A DNA stretch of 64,000 nucleotides from Gammaproteobacteria bacterium (GCA_038147295.1 JAYQTH010000002.1:586243-650242); one strand, 5' to 3'; counted from the first letter of the stretch, positions 10,847 to 21,640 are shown. Notes: generated by a model not told the origin, from the sequence alone. Program-made: numbers and translations.

Positions 10847-12299
10847 AGAACTAAATAAAATTCAAAGAGATAGAGAAGAAAAGCTTAAACTTTTGAGACA
10901 AGAGGGTTTTAACTTTCCAAATAATTTTGAAAAAGTAGACAAGCTTGGCGATACGCACTTAAAGTTTGGCACCAAAAGTAAGGAAGAATTAGAAAATCTT
11001 AGCCCATCAATTCAGACAGCAGGAAGAGTTGTTTTGAAACGAGTAATGGGAAAAGCTGCTTTTATGACCCTAGAGGACGAATCTGGTAGATTGCAGGTTT
11101 ATTTTTCATTGAATAATTTAGGTGAAGCTTTTTCACAAATAAGTGATTGGGATTTAGGCGATATTGTTGGCGTAAGTGGAAAACTATTTAGAACTAAAAC
11201 AGACGAACTGACTATTGATGCAGCTACAAGCATTCTTTTGACAAAATCACTCAATCCAATGCCAGAAAAGCATAAGGGCTTATCAAATATTGAAACTATT
11301 TATAGACAAAGATACCTAGACCTCATGAGCAGTTCAGACTCAAGAGAATTATTTAAAAAACGAAATAAAATAATTGCTTCATTAAGAAAAAATCTTGAAA
11401 GTGAAGGGTATCTTGAGGTTGAAACTCCAATGATGCATCCAATACCAGGTGGAGCAAATGCAAGACCATTTGAGACACACCATAATGCACTAGATAAAAA
11501 GCTTTATTTAAGAATTGCCCCTGAGCTTTATCTTAAAAGACTACTTGTTGGTGGTTTTGATAAGGTGTTTGAAATTAATAGAAACTTTAGAAATGAAGGC
11601 ATTTCGACAGTGCATAATCCTGAGTTTACAATGTTGGAGTTCTACGAATCATATGGCAGCCTTGAGAAAACTACAAAGTTTGTCCAAAAATTAGTTCAAG
11701 ATAGTATCTCAGAGGTAAATGAATCTTTAAAGATTGAATACGATGGAAAGCCTTTGGATATGTCAGGAGATTTTAAAGTTGCTTCAATAAAAGAGTTGCT
11801 CGAGGAGAAGTTAGGGTGTGATTTAAGTTCCCCGGAAGCCATAATGACTGCCGCGAAAAAAATGAAACTTGCTGTCAAAGAAAATTGGGGTTGGGGCAAA
11901 GTTTTGTTAGAGCTTTTTGAAACGCATATTGAAGAAGATCTTTGGGAACCAACCTTTGTTAAAGATTACCCTTATGAGGTTTCTCCTTTATCAAGAAAGA
12001 AAGATGACAACCCAGAGTTTACTGACAGAATCGAGCTGTTTATTGCTGGTAGGGAGTTTGCCAATTTCTTTTGTGAACTAAATGATCCAATTGATCAGGA
12101 AGAGAGATTTGATGATCAACTAAAACAAAAAGATTTAGGCGATATAGAAGCTATGTTCTTTGATGAAGATTATATCAATGCACTCAAGCATGGGATGCCG
12201 CCTGCTGTTGGTGTTGGTATAGGAATTGATAGATTGGTTATGCTTGCTACTAATAAAACTTCGATCAGGGACGTTGTTTTATTTCCAACTTTAAAATAG
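10836..12299 (+). CDS. lysS: Lysyl-tRNA synthetase (class II)
   Basis: YRQRYLDL, LYLRIAPELYLKRL, FRNEG...HNPEFTMLEFY and GIGIDRLVML. Confidence 0.98.
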   Translation: MDTKELNKIQRDREEKLKLLRQEGFNFPNNFEKVDKLGDTHLKFGTKSKEELENLSPSIQTAGRVVLKRVMGKAAFMTLEDESGRLQVYFSLNNLGEAFSQISDWDLGDIVGVSGKLFRTKTDELTIDAATSILLTKSLNPMPEKHKGLSNIETIYRQRYLDLMSSSDSRELFKKRNKIIASLRKNLESEGYLEVETPMMHPIPGGANARPFETHHNALDKKLYLRIAPELYLKRLLVGGFDKVFEINRNFRNEGISTVHNPEFTMLEFYESYGSLEKTTKFVQKLVQDSISEVNESLKIEYDGKPLDMSGDFKVASIKELLEEKLGCDLSSPEAIMTAAKKMKLAVKENWGWGKVLLELFETHIEEDLWEPTFVKDYPYEVSPLSRKKDDNPEFTDRIELFIAGREFANFFCELNDPIDQEERFDDQLKQKDLGDIEAMFFDEDYINALKHGMPPAVGVGIGIDRLVMLATNKTSIRDVVLFPTLK

Positions 12300-12310
12300 A
12301 TATTTTTTAG

Positions 12311-13297
12311 TTAAATAAGATCCTGCACTAAATCCCTTTCTTCAAGCAATTCATTTGCAGTAATTTCAAGCTTATTTTTTGCAAAGTCACTTAAACTATA
12401 ATCTCTTACAATCTCAACACCGCCATTTCCATCAGAAATTAGAGGAAAACCTGAAAATATACCCTCAGGCATGCCATATGCTCCATCGCTTAGTATTGCT
12501 GCATTAAAAACATCACCAGATCTTGTTGGATGTTCAACTGCTTTGACAGTATCGCATGCAGCTCTAGCTGCAGAGGATGCTGAAGATGCACCTCTGGCTT
12601 TAATTATTTCTGCACCCCTTTGTTGAATGCGTGGTAGGTACTCATTTTCAACCCAGGAATGATTGTTAATTAAGTCATAAGCATTTTGACCATTAATATT
12701 TGTATTCTCTAAGTCTGGAAACATGGTAGGACTATGATTGCCAAATACCGCCAACCTGTAGATATCATCAACATGACAATTTAATTTTATTGATAGTTGA
12801 GCTTTTGCTCTTAAGGCATCCAGCATTGTCATCGCCATCCATAACTGATTTTTGTTTGGTGAATTGCTGTAACCAATGAGAGCATTTGTATTTGCAGGGT
12901 TTCCAACAACGAGAATTTTGCAGGATTGTTTTGCTTTTTCACCAATAGCTTTACCTTGTTCAGTGAAAATGCCGCCATTTATTTGTAACAAGTCTGATCT
13001 TTCTTTAATTTCTTTGCCATTTAGTACAATGCCCCTTGGGATAGAGCCAACTAAAAGACACCAGTCTGCATCTATAACCGCATCTTGAATGTTATCAAAG
13101 GTACTAATTGAATTTACTGTGCTGTATGCTGAATCTTCTAGCTCTTTGACAAAACCATCCAATCTTTCCATAGCTGAAGGGATTTCAACTAAAGCTAAAT
13201 CTATTTTCTCGTTTGATTTGAATACGCCCTGTTGGCATAAAAATGGAACTAGTGAGTAAGATATTTGGCCAGCAGCCCCTGTTATTACAACTTTCAT
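12311..13297 (-). CDS. mdh: Malate dehydrogenase (MDH type 2)
   Basis: VVITGAAGQISYSL, ERSDLL, LVVGNPANTN, FGNHSPTMFPD and [10 protein letters not shown]. Confidence 0.93.
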   Translation of the reverse strand: MKVVITGAAGQISYSLVPFLCQQGVFKSNEKIDLALVEIPSAMERLDGFVKELEDSAYSTVNSISTFDNIQDAVIDADWCLLVGSIPRGIVLNGKEIKERSDLLQINGGIFTEQGKAIGEKAKQSCKILVVGNPANTNALIGYSNSPNKNQLWMAMTMLDALRAKAQLSIKLNCHVDDIYRLAVFGNHSPTMFPDLENTNINGQNAYDLINNHSWVENEYLPRIQQRGAEIIKARGASSASSAARAACDTVKAVEHPTRSGDVFNAAILSDGAYGMPEGIFSGFPLISDGNGGVEIVRDYSLSDFAKNKLEITANELLEERDLVQDLI

Positions 13298-13386
13298 AGC
13301 TTTGATTAATTCCTATTCTATGTTTACTTGTTATTTAATTCCATTAGAATCAACATTTCGTACATAAATTATTAAGGAGTCAGACA

Positions 13387-14298
13387 ATGTCACTAGATTT
13401 TAATGGAAAAGTTGCAGTAGTAACAGGCTCAGGAGGAGGCATAGGAAAAGGTTATGCACTTGAGCTGGCTAGAAGAGGAGCAAAAGTTGTTGTCAATGAT
13501 TTGGGCGGATCTGTCGATGGTACAGGAGGTTCAGTATCAGCAGCTGAAGCTGTAGTTCAAGAAATTGAAGCAAATGGAGGCGAAGCGTTAGCAAATGGAG
13601 CAAACGTCAGCAATCAATCTGATGTGAAGGATATGGTTGAATCAACACTTAGCAAATGGGGAAGGGTTGATATTTTAATAAATAATGCCGGAATTCTTCG
13701 AGATAAGTCTTTTGGAAAAATGGAGTGGGAGGATTTTGTCGCGGTCATTAATGTTCATTTACTCGGTTCAGCTCTGTGTGCTCATAGTGTTTTTCCTGTT
13801 ATGAAAGAACAAGAATATGGAAGAATAATTATGACATCGTCATCATCAGGACTTTTTGGTAATTTTGGGCAAACAAATTATGCTGCAGCAAAAATGGGAG
13901 TAGTGGGATTAATGAACACCCTTAAGCTTGAAGGAGCAAAATATAATGTTCATACCAACTCTATCGCACCTACAGCAACAACAAGAATGACTGAGCATCT
14001 ATTTCCTGCTGAGTTTGGTGAGCAGTTAGATCCAAAATACATTATTCCAGCTGTTGTATACCTTGCGAGTGAAAAAGCACCTAATGGTGAAATTCTAGAA
14101 GCAGGTGGGGGTGTGGTTGCCAACACATATGTTATGGAAACAATGGGTAAGTTTTTTGGTACAGATGAAAGTTTTACAGCCGAAGCTGTTGCAGAAAGCT
14201 GGGCAGAGATAGCTGATACCAATGATGCTAGAAGGCCTTTCCAAGGTGGAGATGTCGCTTTGAAGCACTTTGAGGCTATTCAAAAAACACAGAAATAA
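13387..14298 (+). CDS. SDR oxidoreductase, (3R)-hydroxyacyl-CoA dehydrogenase / MFE2-like
   Basis: TGSGGGIG, VVVNDLGG, NNAGILRDKSF and GNFGQTNYAAAKMG. Confidence 0.88.
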   Translation: MSLDFNGKVAVVTGSGGGIGKGYALELARRGAKVVVNDLGGSVDGTGGSVSAAEAVVQEIEANGGEALANGANVSNQSDVKDMVESTLSKWGRVDILINNAGILRDKSFGKMEWEDFVAVINVHLLGSALCAHSVFPVMKEQEYGRIIMTSSSSGLFGNFGQTNYAAAKMGVVGLMNTLKLEGAKYNVHTNSIAPTATTRMTEHLFPAEFGEQLDPKYIIPAVVYLASEKAPNGEILEAGGGVVANTYVMETMGKFFGTDESFTAEAVAESWAEIADTNDARRPFQGGDVALKHFEAIQKTQK

Positions 14299-14315
14299 AC
14301 CTTATTACAAAGCAT

Positions 14316-14345
14316 AAAAAAAGGCTCTTTATGAGCCTTTTTTTT
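14316..14345. terminator. Bidirectional intrinsic terminator between the convergent SDR and nrdB genes
   Basis: AAAAAAAGGCTC-TTTAT-GAGCCTTTTTTTT. Confidence 0.88.
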
Positions 14346-14389
14346 ATTTAAAGCACCACCATAGTTGCAGACCTACAGCAGCGCAACTT

Positions 14390-15604
14390 TTAATCGAATT
14401 GCAAAGAACCACCAACTTGGTATTCGATGACTCTGGTTTCAAAGAAGTTCTTCTCCTTCCTAAGATCCATAATTTCAGACATCCAAGGAAATGGATTCTT
14501 AACACCTGGGAATTCTTCACTTAAACCAATCTGTACTAGTCTTCTATTACAGATAAATTTTAGGTACTCTTCCATCATTACCGCATTCATTCCTAGAACT
14601 CCGCGTGGCATTGAATCTCTTGCGTATTCTATTTCGTATTGAGTTCCTTCGAGTATTAAGTTTCTAGCTCTTGTCTTCATGTCTTCATCCCAAATATTTG
14701 GATTTTCATTGATAATCGTATTGATAACATCTATTCCAAAGTTTACGTGCATGGATTCATCACGAAGGATGTACTGGAATTGTTCTGAGACCCCAGTCAT
14801 TTTGTTTAACCTTCCCATTGATAGTACTTGGGTAAAACCGCAATAGAAGAACATGCCTTCAAGCACACAATAATAAGCTATTAGGTTTCCAAGAAACTCT
14901 TTATCGTTTTCAGGTGTGCCAGTACTAAAACTAGGATCAGAAAGAGATCTCGTATGTTTTAGGCCCCAAGCAGCCTTTTTCTCGACTGAAGGCACTTCTC
15001 GGTACATATTAAATATCTCACCTTCATCCATACCTAATGATTCGACGCAGTATTGATATGCGTGAGTATGAATGGCCTCTTCAAAAGCTTGTCGTAGAAG
15101 ATACTGTCTGCATTCAGGGTTTGTTATCTGTCTGTAAACAGAGAGAACAAGGTTGTTTGCAACTAATGAATCTGCAGTAGAAAAGAAGCCCAAACTTCTT
15201 TTAACTATTCTTCTTTCATCTTCTGAGAGCCCATCATTACTTTTCCACAAAGCAATATCTGCAGTCATGTTAATTTCTTGTGGCATCCAGTGGTTGGCGC
15301 AACCATCAAGATATTTTTTCCAAGCCCATTCATACTTAAAGGGTACAAGTTGATTGAGATCTGCCCTTGAATTAATCATGGCTTTTTGATCAACCTGCAC
15401 CCTGCCTTCTAATGTATCTAAATCTTCTTTTGCCAGTTTCATATCTTCTTCAGTTAATGTAGAAACACTTACTGCTTCCTGGTTGGCTGTATTTGCAACT
15501 GGCTCGCTTTGTTGGAGCTGAACTTGGGGCTCGGCTTTTTCTTGAGCTTTCTCTTGTTTGTTTTCAGTTATTTCTTCTTTATGATAATCGTCCCAATTTA
15601 ACAT
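14390..15604 (-). CDS. nrdB: Class Ia ribonucleotide reductase beta subunit
   Basis: [18 protein letters not shown] (radical Tyr retained), [12 protein letters not shown] and [10 protein letters not shown]; ATG at 15604 follows a GGAGG SD. Confidence 0.96.
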   Translation of the reverse strand: MLNWDDYHKEEITENKQEKAQEKAEPQVQLQQSEPVANTANQEAVSVSTLTEEDMKLAKEDLDTLEGRVQVDQKAMINSRADLNQLVPFKYEWAWKKYLDGCANHWMPQEINMTADIALWKSNDGLSEDERRIVKRSLGFFSTADSLVANNLVLSVYRQITNPECRQYLLRQAFEEAIHTHAYQYCVESLGMDEGEIFNMYREVPSVEKKAAWGLKHTRSLSDPSFSTGTPENDKEFLGNLIAYYCVLEGMFFYCGFTQVLSMGRLNKMTGVSEQFQYILRDESMHVNFGIDVINTIINENPNIWDEDMKTRARNLILEGTQYEIEYARDSMPRGVLGMNAVMMEEYLKFICNRRLVQIGLSEEFPGVKNPFPWMSEIMDLRKEKNFFETRVIEYQVGGSLQFD

Positions 15605-15612
15605 TTTTCCTC

Positions 15613-18420
15613 CTATTGGCATGCCTCACAATCTGGATCTAATATACTGCAAGCTTTTGGTGCAGAAGCAGCTACTGCTGAGCTTGTTGCTGCAGTTTCA
15701 ACTGCATTCAAGTTGCTTCTTTCAACCGTTGATTTTTCTGTTGAAGTAGCGCCCATAGCTCTCAAGTAGTATGTTGTTTTTAGGCCTTTATACCAAGCCA
15801 TTCTATAAGTGATATCAAGTTTTTTCCCATCAACATTTGCAATGTATAAGTTCAAAGATTGAGCTTGATCAATCCATTTTTGTCTTCTGCTTGCCGATTC
15901 AACTATGTAGCGTGGCTCAACTTCAAAAGCTGTCATAAATCTATTTTTAATATCTTCAGGGATTCTATTTATCTGTGATAGAGATCCCTCAAAATATTTA
16001 AGATCACTCAACATCACATCATCCCAAAGATCTGCCTGTTTTAATTCTTCAATCAAATAAGGATTAACTATTGTAAATTCACCTGATAGATTGGATTTAA
16101 CGAATAGGTTTTGATAAGTTGGCTCAATAGATTGTGATACTCCTGTAATGTTGGCTATAGTTGCAGTAGGGGCAATAGCCATAACGTTTGAGTTTCTCAT
16201 TCCAGTTGTTTTGACCTTCTCTCTTAATTTATCCCAATCAAGGGTTTTGTCTGTGTTTTGGTCAATAAAGTCTTCACCTCTTTGTTCTTTAAGAAGTTGG
16301 ATTGAATCTATTGGTAGTATGCCTTGATCCCAAAGAGAGTTTTTATAAGTCTCATAGGTTCCTCTTTCCTTTGCCAAGTCTGATGATGCATCTATTGCAA
16401 AGTAGCTTATCAGTTCCATTGATTTATCGGCAAAGTCTACAGCTTCTTGTGAGTTGTATGATATTCCAAGTTTGTACAATGCATCCTGGAAACCCATCAA
16501 GCCCAAACCAACAGGTCTGTGTTTTTTATTGGAGTTTTCAGCTTGTGGAACAGGGTAGTAATTTATATCAATAACGTTATCTAGCATTCTTACAGCTGTA
16601 GTTACAGTTTGTTTTAGTTGCTCTACATTTATTTTTCCATCTTGAATATGTTGAGGAAGATTTATGCTACCTAAGTTACATACTGCTATTTCTTCTTCAT
16701 TAGTGTTAAGGGTAATCTCTGTACATAAGTTTGATGAATGCACTGTTCCTACATGCCCTTGAGGTGATCTTATATTACATGGATCTTTGAATGTTATCCA
16801 AGGATGGCCTGTTTCAAAAAGCATAGATAGCATTTTTCTCCAGAGATTTTTTGCAGGAATTTTCTTAAAGTGAGTGAGGGTTCCATTCTCTGCCATTTTT
16901 TCGTATTCCTCATATCTTTTTTCGAATTCTGAACCATAAATATCATGCAGATCTGGCACATCTGATGGGGAGAAGAGAGTCCATTCCTTATCTTCTTCTA
17001 AACGCTTCATAAACAAATCTGGTATCCAGTTTGCTGTATTCATATCATGGGTTCTTCTTCTATCATCTCCAGTATTTTTTCTTAGATCTAAAAATTCCTC
17101 TACATCCATATGCCAGCACTCAAGATAGGCACAAAAAGCACCTTTTCTTTTGCCACCTTGATTAACAGCAACAGCCGTGTCGTTAGACACTTTGAGGAAT
17201 GGAACTATTCCTTGGCTCTTTCCGTTTGTTCCTTTGATTCTTGATCCAAGAGCACGTACATTTGTCCAATCATTTCCGAGCCCTCCTGCCCACTTTGAAA
17301 GTAGAGCATTATCTCTTATGGCCCCATATATGCCTGAAAGATCATCTGGGACTGTTGTTAAATAGCATGAGGATAATTGTGGTCTATGTGTGCCTGAATT
17401 AAACAAAGTCGGTGTTGAACTCATATAATCAAAGCTTGAAAGCAACTTATAGAATTCTATAGCTCTATCTGTCTTATTTTCTTCATTTACTGCAAGCCCC
17501 ATTGCCACTCTCATTAAGAAGACTTGAGGTAATTCATACCTAGTATCTTCTGATGTTATAAAGTATCGATCGTAAAGTGTTTGCAGGCCGAGGTATGTAA
17601 AGTTGAAATCTCTTTTTTCATCAATAGCATCTTGAAGTTTTTCTAGATCAAAGCTTAATAACTCTTTGTTAAGAAAATCCAGCTCAATACCTTTTTCAAA
17701 GGTCTTTACTAATGCTTCGTTGTACATTTCCTTTCTGTCTGATTTTTTGGCTAAGTCAATACCAAGGAAACCTAAGACCTCATTTTCAATGTTATTCAAT
17801 AGTATTCTGGCGGTGACGTATGAGTAGTTTGGTTCTTTTTCTACCATTGTTCTGGCAGCAATTACCATACAGTCAGCAAGGTCTTTTTCAGACATACCTT
17901 CGTAAGAAGAAGCGTTTATTTCCTTAATGAGAGCTTCCGGATCCACATCAGTTAAATTTGCACAAGCATTATTGACTATTGCACTAACAGGATCATCTTG
18001 ATTATTTTTTGTTGCAACTACAGGCTCTTCTTCTTTCCTTTCTTGTTTTCGTGCCTCTCTGTACAATACATAGCTTCTCGCAACTTTATGATGCTCGCTT
18101 CTCATTAATTGGAGTTCTACTTGATCTTGTATCTCTTCTATATGAATCGTTCCACCGGATGGCATTCTGCGCTCAAAGACTTCGATGACTGCTTTTGTTA
18201 AAACATCAACGTTCTCATGAATCCTCGATGAGCCAGCAGCTGTTCCTCCCTCTACTGCAAGAAAGGCTTTCATTATCGCGACCTTAATTTTTTCTTCTTC
18301 AAACGATACAACTTTTCCATTGCGTTTAATAACTCGCATTTTCCCTGGAGTTAGAACCACATTTGGTTGTTGAATTTCTTCTGTTTTTTTTGTTGTGCTT
18401 TCTGTTACCTGTTGTTCCAT
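15613..18420 (-). CDS. nrdA: Class Ia ribonucleotide reductase alpha subunit with tandem ATP cones
   Basis: VIKRNG ATP cone, [28 protein letters not shown] and a C-terminal CxxxxxxCxxC tail; the ATG at 18420 is preferred over the tool's start. Confidence 0.96.
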   Translation of the reverse strand: MEQQVTESTTKKTEEIQQPNVVLTPGKMRVIKRNGKVVSFEEEKIKVAIMKAFLAVEGGTAAGSSRIHENVDVLTKAVIEVFERRMPSGGTIHIEEIQDQVELQLMRSEHHKVARSYVLYREARKQERKEEEPVVATKNNQDDPVSAIVNNACANLTDVDPEALIKEINASSYEGMSEKDLADCMVIAARTMVEKEPNYSYVTARILLNNIENEVLGFLGIDLAKKSDRKEMYNEALVKTFEKGIELDFLNKELLSFDLEKLQDAIDEKRDFNFTYLGLQTLYDRYFITSEDTRYELPQVFLMRVAMGLAVNEENKTDRAIEFYKLLSSFDYMSSTPTLFNSGTHRPQLSSCYLTTVPDDLSGIYGAIRDNALLSKWAGGLGNDWTNVRALGSRIKGTNGKSQGIVPFLKVSNDTAVAVNQGGKRKGAFCAYLECWHMDVEEFLDLRKNTGDDRRRTHDMNTANWIPDLFMKRLEEDKEWTLFSPSDVPDLHDIYGSEFEKRYEEYEKMAENGTLTHFKKIPAKNLWRKMLSMLFETGHPWITFKDPCNIRSPQGHVGTVHSSNLCTEITLNTNEEEIAVCNLGSINLPQHIQDGKINVEQLKQTVTTAVRMLDNVIDINYYPVPQAENSNKKHRPVGLGLMGFQDALYKLGISYNSQEAVDFADKSMELISYFAIDASSDLAKERGTYETYKNSLWDQGILPIDSIQLLKEQRGEDFIDQNTDKTLDWDKLREKVKTTGMRNSNVMAIAPTATIANITGVSQSIEPTYQNLFVKSNLSGEFTIVNPYLIEELKQADLWDDVMLSDLKYFEGSLSQINRIPEDIKNRFMTAFEVEPRYIVESASRRQKWIDQAQSLNLYIANVDGKKLDITYRMAWYKGLKTTYYLRAMGATSTEKSTVERSNLNAVETAATSSAVAASAPKACSILDPDCEACQ

Positions 18421-18467
18421 GACTAAAGGTATTTTTATGCATCTAAAACTTACATTCAAGCTTTTTA

Positions 18468-18514
18468 GCACAATATGTTGTGTTATTTTTTTTTGATAAC
18501 ACAATATGCAGTGT
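18468..18514. promoter_or_regulatory. Tandem NrdR boxes upstream of nrdA
   Basis: GCACAATATGTTGTGT (18468-18483) and ACACAATATGCAGTGT (18499-18514), 31 bp apart; both fit acaCwAtATaTwGtgt. Confidence 0.85.
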
Positions 18515-18520
18515 TTTACC

Positions 18521-18529
18521 TGTGGATAA
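18521..18529 (-). promoter_or_regulatory. DnaA box in the nrdA/serA divergent promoter region
   Basis: Perfect TGTGGATAA (reverse complement of TTATCCACA). Confidence 0.75.
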
Positions 18530-18608
18530 ACATTGGATAAATTGGGTACTTTTTTTTAATTTTTATTTCCAAAAAAGCTTAAAATCTGTATTATCAAAAG
18601 CTTTCCAC

Positions 18609-19796
18609 ATGAAAGTAAAAATTCTTAATAACATTGCAAAGACAGGTTTAGATATTCTTGAAAAAGAAGGTTTTTCCCTGCATCAGAATGACGATTTGGA
18701 TGGTTGCAGTGGTATTGTGCTGAGGAGTCAAAATTTAACTCAAGAAAAACTACCCGAATCAATTTTTGGTATAGCCCGAGCAGGAGCAGGAACTAACAAC
18801 ATTAATGTAGAGGATTGCTCACAAAATGGCGTCGTTGTTTTTAATACCCCAGGAGCAAATGCAAACGCTGTAAAAGAAATGGTTCTGTGTTCTTTGATTC
18901 TAGGTAAAAGAGATCTTGTTTCAGGCAATAAATCAATTGATGCCATCGATATAGACAACATGGATGATGAAGCAGTTATGAAAGAAATAGAGGGCATGAA
19001 GAAAAAATATGTTGGGAATGAAATTAAAAATAAAAACCTTACTGTAATTGGGCTTGGTGCGATTGGTTCTTTGGTGGCAGAGCATGCAATACAGTTGGGG
19101 ATGAATGTAACAGGTTATGATCCTGGATTGACAGTAGAGACAGCACTGAGATTGCCAAGTTCCATCAGAATGGCAAAATCTCTCGAAGATTCTTTTAAGG
19201 ATGCAGAATACATTTCCTTACATATACCTCTTGTTCCAGATACTAAGGATATTATTAATAGTAAGCTGATAGCCAAACTGAACAATTGTGTGCTGATTAA
19301 TTTCTCAAGAGGTGGAATTGTTTGTGAAGAAAGTTTGCTTGAAGGATTAGATCAGAAGTTTTTGTACAAATATGTTACTGACTTCCCTACAAAGAAATTA
19401 ATCAATAGAGTTAGATCAAAAAAAGATGTTGTAATCTTTCCCCACTTAGGAGCAAGCACAACAGAAAGTGAAATTAACTGTGCAGAAATGGCATGCTCAC
19501 AGCTTGCTGATTTTTTAAAGAAAGGAAAAATAGTTAACAGTGTAAACTTTCCTAATATATCGTCTGAAAAAGTAAGCAAACACAGAATATATTTTTCAAA
19601 CATGAATGAACCTGGAATTATTAGCAAAGTGGCAGATGTGCTTGCTCAAGAAAATATAAATATTGATGAATTTGTTAACAAAAGCCGCAACAATCTAGCA
19701 AGCAATATTATTGATTCAGATGATGACATAACACCTCAAATTCTTGATAAGCTAATGAAAATAAAGGGTGTAACAAATGCAAGACTTTGCTATTAA
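18609..19796 (+). CDS. serA: D-3-phosphoglycerate dehydrogenase with C-terminal ACT domain
   Basis: IARAGAGTNNI, VFNTPGANANAVKE, VIGLGAIG, INFSRG and PHLGASTTE; ATG at 18609. Confidence 0.9.
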   Translation: MKVKILNNIAKTGLDILEKEGFSLHQNDDLDGCSGIVLRSQNLTQEKLPESIFGIARAGAGTNNINVEDCSQNGVVVFNTPGANANAVKEMVLCSLILGKRDLVSGNKSIDAIDIDNMDDEAVMKEIEGMKKKYVGNEIKNKNLTVIGLGAIGSLVAEHAIQLGMNVTGYDPGLTVETALRLPSSIRMAKSLEDSFKDAEYISLHIPLVPDTKDIINSKLIAKLNNCVLINFSRGGIVCEESLLEGLDQKFLYKYVTDFPTKKLINRVRSKKDVVIFPHLGASTTESEINCAEMACSQLADFLKKGKIVNSVNFPNISSEKVSKHRIYFSNMNEPGIISKVADVLAQENINIDEFVNKSRNNLASNIIDSDDDITPQILDKLMKIKGVTNARLCY

Positions 19797-20005
19797 AAAA
19801 ACAGACTTTTTTTTAGTAAAAAACCTTGCTTTTCACACAGACCACTAAAATTAATTTGTTCAGCTGAGTTGCAAACTTTTTTTTTGGAGAATTTAACCTT
19901 CATCCACTGAAACTCGCTCTATTAAAGTGTTTGAAGTTGTTGTTCATTTTTTAACCAATTCATTGAGAATGTTTATGTTTGCGGCATTTGATAAATTTTT
20001 TATAT

Positions 20006-20040
20006 TTTTCCCCAAAGTTATCCACAGTTTCTGTGGATAA
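20006..20040. promoter_or_regulatory. Cluster of three DnaA boxes (DARS-core-like geometry)
   Basis: TTTTCCCCA (20006-20014), 3 bp, TTATCCACA (20018-20026), 5 bp, TGTGGATAA (20032-20040). Confidence 0.75.
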
Positions 20041-20076
20041 AAAAATATGTTATTTTTTTAAATTATTTTAGAGCCT

Positions 20077-20724
20077 ATGAATTGGGATGAGCTAATAGAA
20101 TCAGAAACAAAAAAAGATTATTTTAAGGCAATAAAAAAAGTAATCTTGAGCGATAGTCGAAGTGGTAAATCAATTTTCCCATATCCAAAAAATTATTTCA
20201 GAGCCCTTGATTTTTGCTCTTTCGAAGATTTAAAAGTTGTGATATTGGGACAAGATCCATACCACACTTCAGGTGTTGCCGATGGTCTTGCTTTTTCATC
20301 TGGTATTTACACCTATATGCCTCCATCTTTAAGAAATATTTTTTTGGAAATTGAAGATGATGTAGGCATAAAAAACCAAAACGTATCATTGGAGGGCTGG
20401 GCAAAGCAAGGTGTACTTTTACTTAATTCATATTTATCAGTACAAGAGGGTCAACCACTATCTCACGCAAAAATAGGTTGGGAGATTTTTACAAACAGGG
20501 TTTTGATTGAGGCAAGCAGAAAGTGCAATGTTGTCTTTATGCTATGGGGCAACTATGCACGTTCAAAAAAAGATATCATTGAAGGTCAGAATTTAATTTT
20601 AGAGGCTGCTCACCCATCACCTCTTTCAGCTCATAAAGGATTTTTTGGGTGCAAGCATTTTTCAAAAGCAAATGCATATCTTGGCCGCCATGGCATTAAA
20701 CAGATTGACTGGCAATTAGCTTAG
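20077..20724 (+). CDS. ung: Uracil-DNA glycosylase (family 1)
   Basis: VVILGQDPYH, PPSLRNIF, QGVLLLN and AAHPSPLSA. Confidence 0.97.
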   Translation: MNWDELIESETKKDYFKAIKKVILSDSRSGKSIFPYPKNYFRALDFCSFEDLKVVILGQDPYHTSGVADGLAFSSGIYTYMPPSLRNIFLEIEDDVGIKNQNVSLEGWAKQGVLLLNSYLSVQEGQPLSHAKIGWEIFTNRVLIEASRKCNVVFMLWGNYARSKKDIIEGQNLILEAAHPSPLSAHKGFFGCKHFSKANAYLGRHGIKQIDWQLA

Positions 20725-21424
20725 ATTTAAATAATTTATCGGGATGTTCAAAGTTCTTAAAGATATATTGTCCATAAAGTATATTGTCTATCTCAATTTC
20801 AAAAACCTCTTTGCCAATCTTTAGCAATTCATTCTTTTCATCTGCCGTAAGATCTTTGAAGATAGCCAAGGTATTTTTGTTCGACCCTAAGTATTTTAGC
20901 CTTGCAATTATTTCCTGCCCTCTGTAGCACCCTTTGGTGAATGAAACATATTTTTCCAAATTGTATCCAAATTCATTAGGTCTATTTTTTAAAGACATAG
21001 CATTACTAATATCTACATCGAAGTGTAAGAGTTTAAGAAGATCCCAATTTTTATTACTATTGTTGGAAGCTCTTGGCATAGCAGTGGTTTTTGTAAAACC
21101 AACGCCATCATAAATTCCTGAAATAATTTTTTCTTTGATTCCGATTTCACACTTATAGAACTGCGCATATTTTTCAAGCTCCCTCTTTAGAATTTCTGCA
21201 ACATCAGCCTTGATAATAAGTTCTAAAGTTTCACTGATTATTGCTGTTGCATTAGTAATAACAAAACCTTTCTCATCACAGAAAAGCACATCTTTGTTCT
21301 GTGTTTTCTCTGAAATATCACCTGATGCTTGACCCTGGATAAATTCTAAAGACCTCTTGCCTGTAATTTCCAAGGTACAATAATTATTTAAAGTAAAATA
21401 ACTTATGTCTAAATTGCTGCTCAT
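20696..21424 (-). CDS. ygfZ: YgfZ/GcvT-like folate-binding Fe-S cluster repair protein
   Basis: LEITG...EFIQGQ and VSFTKGCYRGQEIIAR signature; ATG at 21424. Confidence 0.88.
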   Translation of the reverse strand: MSSNLDISYFTLNNYCTLEITGKRSLEFIQGQASGDISEKTQNKDVLFCDEKGFVITNATAIISETLELIIKADVAEILKRELEKYAQFYKCEIGIKEKIISGIYDGVGFTKTTAMPRASNNSNKNWDLLKLLHFDVDISNAMSLKNRPNEFGYNLEKYVSFTKGCYRGQEIIARLKYLGSNKNTLAIFKDLTADEKNELLKIGKEVFEIEIDNILYGQYIFKNFEHPDKLFKSKLIASQSV

Positions 21425-21638
21425 AAAAAAACTTAATTTTAAAGCAAGAAGAGGAATGAAAGAAACTTCTGAAATCTTAGGCAAGCTTCTTAATTCCATC
21501 AATGCATTTACTGATAACGAATTAAATCAACTTGAATGCCTTCTAAGCTTAGATGACCAATATCTGTTTGATTTATTTTTCAAGCAAAAAGATAAATTTG
21601 ATGAGGAGTTTCACGATTTAAAAAAATATTTAAAATGA
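21405..21638 (+). CDS. sdhE: Succinate dehydrogenase flavinylation factor SdhE
   Basis: KARRGMKE motif and LL...DQ.LF; divergent from ygfZ as in enterics. Confidence 0.8.
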   Translation: MSKLLLIKKLNFKARRGMKETSEILGKLLNSINAFTDNELNQLECLLSLDDQYLFDLFFKQKDKFDEEFHDLKKYLK

Positions 21639-21640
21639 AT

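Noticed and set aside
14346-14389. Small hairpin AGTTGC/GCAACT after nrdB
   Set aside because: 6-bp stem with a 14-nt loop next to a real terminator; chance is plausible.
14390-15604. Class Ic (Mn/Fe) ribonucleotide reductase
   Set aside because: It retains the Asp ligand (STADSL) and the radical Tyr (HTHAY), unlike Chlamydia-type R2c.
18421-18608. Tool-called long N-termini of nrdA (18504) and serA (18480); similarly icd 54232, peptidase 49624, ygfZ 21502 and fabG 33680
   Set aside because: The extensions are non-homologous and overlap regulatory sites or neighbouring genes; downstream ATGs fit the family starts.
19797-20076. oriC
   Set aside because: There are only three boxes and no dnaA, gidA or parAB context, and a good dif with converging KOPS lies 30 kb away.
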